Source: Vitrella brassicaformis CCMP3155 (taxonomy: Eukaryota; Protista; Chromerida). Taken from it: 14,357 bases of DNA. The notes beneath the pieces were generated by a model, which did not search any database, had not been told where the DNA came from, and was given only the letters and a program-made list of their open reading frames with translations. Shown piece by piece: positions 8,801 to 14,357 of this stretch. The position numbers and the translations under genes are program-made. How positions within the stretch are numbered: position 1 is the first letter of the stretch; each line of letters opens with the position of its first letter. Location: NCBI GenBank assembly GCA_001179505.1, contig CDMY01000867.1, forward strand, positions 1 to 14,357, given 5' to 3'.

Positions 8801-9379
8801 GGACGTGCGACAAACCCAACAGACCTGCAAACCCGCGCCCACAATCGACGACCTTTCTCTGTTTCCTGCTCATTGCCCATCTGTCTGTCTGTCTGTCAGT
8901 GTGCGTGTGTACCGTGGGCCATTCCGGTGAAGGTCTTCTGCGTCACAGAAGACACAGCGCTGTCCACCTGCACAGACACACACACGCGCACCACACACAT
9001 AGATGCGTCACCCAGATGCCCACAGACAGGGAGGCGTTTGTGTCTGGCTCATGCATGCCTCAATACCATGTCAGCAGACAACCCCTCTAGCGAGTCGCTG
9101 CTCCACGCGCGGGCGTCAAAGTGCATCGGCAGGCCCGACGGCAGCAACGCCTCCGACAAACCTGTCACACAAACACACACACGCACACACACACACGCAC
9201 ACACAAGCAGTCTCTCCCCTGTCTGTGTGTCACTGATCAGGCCTCAGGAGACGTCGGTCATGTGTGTCATTCGCACCTTCCATGATGCCTCTGGCGACGT
9301 TCTCATGCCCTGTCTGCTCCGCAGCAGCGCCACAAGCGACCAGCAAGGCCACGACGAGCCCAAACAACCGGCGAAGCAT
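5840..9379 (-). CDS. Uncharacterised type-I membrane/surface protein with signal peptide and three tandem helical repeats. Exons 9379-9277, 9161-9067, 8967-8913, 8824-8690, 8593-8503, 8082-7928, 7824-7736, 7626-7598, 7498-7414, 7319-7194, 7107-6895, 6830-6567, 6487-5840; ~695 aa
   Basis: All 12 introns are GT-AG and phase-consistent; the exons sum to 2088 nt (696 codons). The N-terminus MLRRLFGLVVALLVACGAAA is signal-peptide-like. Repeat ends align: GVRLSVDGVAMF..YQAAGRALG / GKDLLINGRDIF..WEGLGEDVG / KLMVSIDGVNVS..LAGQATG. TM segment FFVVWGCVLLSVVGVAGVWGVM is followed by RVYGRRLRK. The exact C-terminus is less certain (possible donors at 5878 and ~5847). Confidence 0.85.
8153..8182 (+). repeat. 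(GGAT)5 plus G10 run bordering gap 2
   Basis: Direct reading; intronic in the minus-strand gene. Confidence 0.9.
8183..8482. other. Assembly gap (300 N) inside intron 8502-8083 of the repeat-protein gene
   Basis: The phase-2 donor at 8502 (GG|GTAAGC) and phase-2 acceptor at 8083 (CTGCAG|T) join in frame across it. The length equals gap 1, so it is probably a placeholder size. Confidence 0.85.
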
Positions 9380-9788
9380 AGCTGTAGCTGGTGCGAGAGT
9401 CGGACGCCGCGCGCTGCGTCTCTCTCGGTCCTTCAGGAAGGAGCAGCGGCACTGCCTTCCGAACGAGCAGCTGGAGCGTCTCTCTGTTCGAGGCGACCTG
9501 GCGGCAAGCGCTACAGCGCCTTGGACTCCCTTGGATAGCTGTGTGGTGGAGCTTTTTCCCGCTTTCCTTCCCCTCGCCTCTTTTGCGAGATCAAAAATGA
9601 CTTCAACCCTAGCTCGCGCGCGGTGGATCTTCCGGTTTGGTCTTCAGATCAAGATCTGGTCTTCTGTGGTCTTTCCTGCTTCATTGGGCCTTGACGAAGC
9701 CTACATGCTTCAGATCTGACTTAGATCTGCACACTTCAGCGGGCGTCACAGCCTCGGGTCCAGTCGGCGGATCTTTGTGCTGGGAACG
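9380..9788. promoter_or_regulatory. Compact divergent promoter/5' leader region (409 bp) between the repeat-protein gene and the purine permease
   Basis: Lies between opposite-strand ATGs at 9379 and 9789. Contains a pyrimidine patch at ~9551-9585 and seven RGATC motifs at 9588-9774. Confidence 0.6.
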
Positions 9789-12504
9789 ATGTGGTTACCC
9801 TTTAAGGCCCTGAATGAGTACATCGCCGAGAGCCGCGTCGGGCGGTACTTCAAGCTCAAGGAGAGGGGGTCCGATGTGGCGACCGAATTGAGAGGCTCAC
9901 TTGCTACCTTCATGACCATGGTGAGGCGAAAGCCATCCCATCCGCCGTGTGTTGAGGGCAGGTGTTTGATGGATGGATGGATGGATGGATGACTGCAGGC
10001 TTACATCCTGGCTGTCAACGCCAGTATCGTTGCCCTCTCTGGTGGTCCCTGCGGCGTCCCGCCCTTCATTCGGCCCGACGAGAACGTCGACTTTGCAGAG
10101 TGTACGCCACCCACACGAGGCATTAGTTCATTCAAACCATCCTTCACACGTGTGTCTGGGTCAACCAAATAGGCGTGTGTGTGTGTGTGTGTGTGTGTGT
10201 CGTTCAGGGGAGAAGTGCAATGTGCAGGTGCGGCGCGACCTGGTGGTGGCGACGGCTGCGTCGTCGGCTGTGGCCTGCTTCCTCATGGGAGCCTTCGCCA
10301 ACATGCCCCTCGCACTCGCGCCTGGCATGGGCATCAACGCGTACTTCACATTCAACGTGGTGTGGGGCGGGATCCCTTATGAGACCGCCCTGGCGGCCGT
10401 CTTCATTGAGGGCATCATCTTCGTCCTGCTGGCCGTCACTGGCGGACGGGCATTTATCGCCAGATGCATCCCGGAGTGCATCAAATTCGCGACAGGTGAG
10501 CCGATAAATAAGGACGAACCAACACACACACACACACACACAAAGGCGGATGTCGGTGTGTGTGGTGTGTGCAGCCGGCGGCATCGGTCTGTTCCTTGCC
10601 CACATCGGGCTGCAAAGCTCCCAAGGTGAGCCGTTGGATGAGCCACGGGCATGGGTGGGTGCCTGTGGATTGTGTGTGTGTGTCTGTCTGTGGTGTGCAG
10701 GTATCGGTCTTGTGACGGGCAACTCGGCCACCCTGGTGACAGCCGGCGGCTGTCCGCCCGAGTACAGAGACGAAGATCCTGATTCTGACTGGTGAGAGGA
10801 GGGGGGCGGGGGGTGATTGGGGGCAGCACACACACACAAACACACGCACAGACGCACACACGCTCCTCACACATACTGCGTCAGGTATCAGTGCGAGGAC
10901 GCGGGCAGGGGTCTGTCGCTCACCATGTGGTTCGGCATCATCGCACTCCTCCTCATGGCCTTTTTGTAAGCCAACCAGAGAACTACCCAGACAGAAGGAG
11001 ACCGACTCTGCTGTCGATCTGTGTTCGCCTCTCGCAGGCTCATGAAGAAGTTCAAGGGTGCCGTCATCACTGGTGAATAGTGGATGCAGCTTGGGTAGTA
11101 AAGAGCTCTCCACATCTAGGTGTGCCTCTCGTGTGTCTCTTTGAGTGTCGTAGGCATCGCGCTCGTCACCTTTATCAGCTGGATCCCCGGCACAGCCGTC
11201 TCCTACTTCGAAGAGAGCGTCTCACCAGGCGCAGAGGTACACACACACACACACACACACACACGACACAGCCATCGGCCCCGTGTGTGTGACCGTGTTG
11301 GCAGGAACGTTACGAGTACTTCAGCAAGGGTGTCGACCCCCCCTCCCTCTCCCTAACGGGCCTAGCCCTGGACTTCTCGACATTCGCCGATGGCTCCGTG
11401 TGGAACGCCCTCATCACCTTCCTCTACATAGATCTGCTCGACACCACCGGCACGCTCTACTCCATGGCATCCTTCGCGGGGCTCATGAATGAGAAGTGAG
11501 ATGTGATCACACCGACCTCACCCAATGAGACGGCGAGGCACTGCTGTCTGTTGTCTGTCTCCTGATTGGCTGGTCGTGCAGCGGAAGCTTTGAGGGCGAG
11601 GCCCGCGCGTACATGGTGGACGGCATGGCGACGGTGGTGGGCTCCTTGATGGGGACATCGCCCGTCACCACATTCGTCGAGTCGGGAGCCGGGATTGAGG
11701 AGGGCGCCAAGACGGTACACACTTGGGAAATTCGGCACTCTCTCGGCGTGTGTATGTGTGTGTTTGGCATCATCCGTGTGTGTGTTTAGGGTCTGGCGGC
11801 AGTCTTCTGCTCGTTTTATTTCTTTCTCGCTTTGTTCTTCGCGCCGATCCTGGCGTCGGTTCCGCCATGGGCGACCGGGCCGGCACTCATCCTGGTGGGC
11901 AGCATGATGATCAAGAACCTCGTGCACATCAGATGGGACAACGTCGGAGAGGTCAGCAACACACACACACACACACGTGTCCATGGCTCCATCTGTGTGT
12001 GGGGGGGCTGATGGATGGATGGATGGATCAGGCCGTTCCTGCCTTCCTGACGGTGGCGTTGATGCCGCTGACCTACTCCATCGCCTACGGTCTGCTGGCC
12101 GGTCTCGGCGCCTTTGTGATCCTCAACCTGCCCGACCTCATCTGGGACCTCATCCAGGGCCGCGGCTTCCAGAGGCTGGTACGCTCGAGAGACGCACACA
12201 CAATGCTCATTCGCCGACATGTCTGCCAGTGACCGTGTGTGTGGTCTGTTGGTGGTGTGTGTGTGCAGAGGCGCTCCAAGAATGTGTCGGCGAAGGAGGC
12301 TGACTCCAAGACCTCACGAGATGACGCAACCGACTTCGACAAAGTCAGTTGGAAAAGAGGAACCAAGGAGGAGAGAGAGACCTGACTGTCGTCGTGTGTG
12401 TGTGTGTGTGTGTGCAGGTGGAGGAGCTTCCTTCCACGCAGCCCGTGACGCCCGCCAAGGGTCAGCTGGCGACCGGCCAAGACAACGACTTGCTCAAAGT
12501 CTGA
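9789..12504 (+). CDS. azgA: AzgA/AZG-family (NCS2 superfamily) adenine/guanine/hypoxanthine permease. Exons 9789-9920, 9999-10101, 10208-10495, 10575-10625, 10701-10791, 10885-10965, 11038-11072, 11154-11236, 11305-11495, 11582-11714, 11790-11951, 12032-12178, 12269-12343, 12418-12504; 552 aa
   Basis: 13 phase-consistent GT-AG introns; 1659 nt. Family motifs: [130 protein letters not shown]. Confidence 0.95.
9971..9990 (+). repeat. (GGAT)5 intronic microsatellite
   Basis: Direct reading; just upstream of the acceptor at 9998. Confidence 0.9.
10175..10200 (+). repeat. (GT)13 intronic microsatellite in place of a polypyrimidine tract
   Basis: Direct reading; ends 7 nt before the exon start at 10208. 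Confidence 0.95.
11239..11264 (+). repeat. (AC)13 intronic microsatellite directly after the donor GT
   Basis: Direct reading. Confidence 0.95.
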
Positions 12505-12692
12505 TGGCGGACGGACACATGCGAGGATGTAATGTACCGCATTGCCATCTGTACTGTCCGCCTGTCCGTCTCTGTCGGTTGTCGGTGCTATTATATTTTT
12601 TCTTGCTTGCCTCTCCTTGGCTCGACTTTCCTCTGCTGCCTGCGCCCCTGAGAGATTGAGAGATCAGCCAGCAGGCAGGCAGGCTCGTGTTT

Positions 12693-12720
12693 CTGTCTGT
12701 CTGTCTGTCTGTCTGTCTGT
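12693..12720 (+). repeat. (CTGT)7 microsatellite in the presumed 3'UTR of the permease
   Basis: Direct reading. Confidence 0.9.
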
Positions 12721-13493
12721 CGTGCTTGATTACCTACTTGCTGCGCTCTCCGATGGGACTTACGTATACGTGTTTCCGGTGTGCTGTGCGTCCGTTTCGT
12801 TTTGTTATTACGGCAGTGATTGAAGGCTTTATCGCCTACACACCACATCAATCAGGCGCTGAGAGGCCTGCATTCTTGATGCTTTCATAGCGTAGCGTGC
12901 GCGTTTGTTCGTGTGCGCGCGGGGCGCGGGGTGGGCGACCGGTTTCTTATGGGAAGGAAGCTAGGAGTGTTTGTTTGAGACGAGGCTTTTTCCTCCATCT
13001 CTCCGTCTGTAGTCTCTCTGTCTGTTCAAGCTATTGCTATTGCTATGGTCCAGATGTATGGCATGGCAATGTGTCGTCGGTCGGTCGGTCGGTCAGTCGG
13101 TCGTTGGTGGTTTGGTGTGGTGGGGCGAACTTTTATATGGGGGGTGGTGTGGTCCGGGTATGCTCATCTAACTACCTAGTGAGTGTCCGTGACGTGCTCT
13201 CTACACTTCCTTGGCTGTTTGTGTCTGACGGCTGCGGCGTGTGCTTCTGCGCGTCCATGTCGATCGGTACGCGCGGGCGCAAAGTAAGCATGCAAGGGAA
13301 GAGGAGTGGCCAGGGCGGACCAAAAATGCCTGGAAGTGGGAGTATTTCAGTTGACTGACGCTACCATGTATGTATACTGATGGATGGATGGATGGATCGA
13401 TGAGGTCCGTGGTGCAGGGAGAAGAATGCACTAGCTCAAGCTCGTGGACATCCAGGAGATATATATCCTCCCTGACACACTGCGCCCGACAGT

Positions 13494-13528
13494 TAGGGTT
13501 TGAAACCTAATAGGGTTTTCAAACCCTA
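13494..13528. repeat. Nested palindrome of telomere-like (TAGGGTTT/AAACCCTA) units
   Basis: Perfect 12-bp inverted repeat TAGGGTTTGAAA (13494-13505) / TTTCAAACCCTA (13517-13528). It overlaps a second inverted repeat, ATAGGGTTT-TC-AAACCCTAT (13510-13529). Confidence 0.85.
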
Positions 13529-13537
13529 TCGGCCAAG

Positions 13538-14357
13538 ATGGGCAACACGCAAAACAGGGCTTCTCGCGAGGATAGGGAGCTCATATATCACGCGTTGCCA
13601 ACGTCTGGCCTTCATGGGAGCGACATCCCTTCCTGCGACTACCTCTCCGTACACGACGCCGATGTCTTCAAGAAGTACTTGGACGCCGAGGGCAGGATCA
13701 CCAACCATGCTGTCTTCACCAACTGGGCGCTCGGCCTCAAGCTGCGGCAGGACGAGGCCTGGGGATTCCCTGGCGGCTAGGTACCGCAGTGGCACTTGTT
13801 ATTGGACTGGGTGGCAAGCAAAGTGGCAAGATCTGCTGAACACCGCATCCATCCGCTGCGCCATCCAAGCCCTCTCTGGGAGCTGCGGCACCGGCATCTT
13901 CCATGCCTGCGCCAACAGCTGGACACCTGTCGCGACCATGCGGCCTCAGCGTTAGATCGGCCACACCCAACACGGCAGACGGAGAGCGCGAGCCGCTCTT
14001 GTTGCGTCACGACACCGTGGACGAGAGTAGGGCGGTCTTGAGGCTGGGGCTAATTTATTGCTCTTGTAGACTCGAAGAGTCTTATCCGGAAACGCCATTG
14101 GCACAAGACGACGGGCCACGTCGCTGGTGCAGAAGGAGTCTTTCTTCTACCTCGTGCTTTGCCCTCATGTATGCACCCTCGTGCTTCGCCCTCGGGTGGG
14201 CTGTGCGTTGACCCCAGTGGAGATGAATGAGGACTCAGCGGCGAGAGTGATCCAACGGTCGGCGAGAGCGTCTCTGTGGCGGCGACGAGATCAAGGACTC
14301 AGGACGGGAGACGACTCTGATGCAGACGGCGAGGCTCCGGCAGCGCAGCCAGCACCA
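13538..14357 (+). pseudogene. Putative disrupted gene (or gene with unresolved splicing), 3' end beyond the window, with an IQ-like motif near the end
   Basis: ORF MGNTQNR...WGFPGG* (13538-13780) has host-like codon use. Coding-like sequence continues in shifted frames. There are intron-like segments (GTAGGG...TTGTAG near 14028-14069; GTATGC...CCCCAG near 14170-14217). An open frame runs to the window end with AARVIQRSARASLWRRR. Confidence 0.35.

Noticed and set aside
8503-9379. Independent tandem paralogue upstream of the repeat-protein gene
   Set aside because: There is no stop codon; its last exon ends in a phase-2 donor that matches the acceptor at 8083, so it is repeat 1 of the same gene.
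12505-13430. ORFs downstream of the permease stop
   Set aside because: Microsatellite-rich (CTGT, GTCG, GGAT) sequence typical of a 3'UTR or intergenic DNA; translations are Cys/Val/Ser noise.
1-14357. CRISPR array, tRNA/rRNA, transposase or prokaryotic operon
   Set aside because: No regular repeat-spacer array, cloverleaf, rRNA-like segment or transposase/RT motif seen; all genes are spliceosomal and eukaryotic. ORF-track starts at GTG/TTG are not meaningful here.

Overview
Eukaryotic, GC-rich, intron-dense genomic DNA. The short GT-AG introns full of (CA)/(TG), (GGAT) and (CTGT) microsatellites look like the chromerid Vitrella brassicaformis (stylistic inference, not a database match). Manual splicing gives four genes in two head-to-head pairs. 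(1) A 2-exon ankyrin-repeat gene on the minus strand (3084->773, ~635 aa once a false 300-N gap is closed) with a SOCS/F-box-like motif after the repeats. (2) A 3-exon EFCAB11-like EF-hand gene on the plus strand (3744->4365, 157 aa). (3) A 13-exon gene on the minus strand (9379->5840, ~695 aa) that spans the second N-gap. It encodes a signal peptide, three tandem ~150-170 aa helical repeats of a domain I cannot name, a His-rich linker, one TM helix and a short tail. (4) A 14-exon AzgA/AZG-type (NCS2) purine permease on the plus strand (9789->12504, 552 aa). The right end holds a nested telomere-like palindrome just upstream of a disrupted or ambiguous ORF (13538->window end) with an IQ-like motif. 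The most interesting items are the triple-repeat surface protein, introns with complementary repeats at their two ends, the telobox palindrome, and the RGATC cluster plus uORF ahead of the permease. No RNA genes, CRISPR arrays or recognisable transposase were found.
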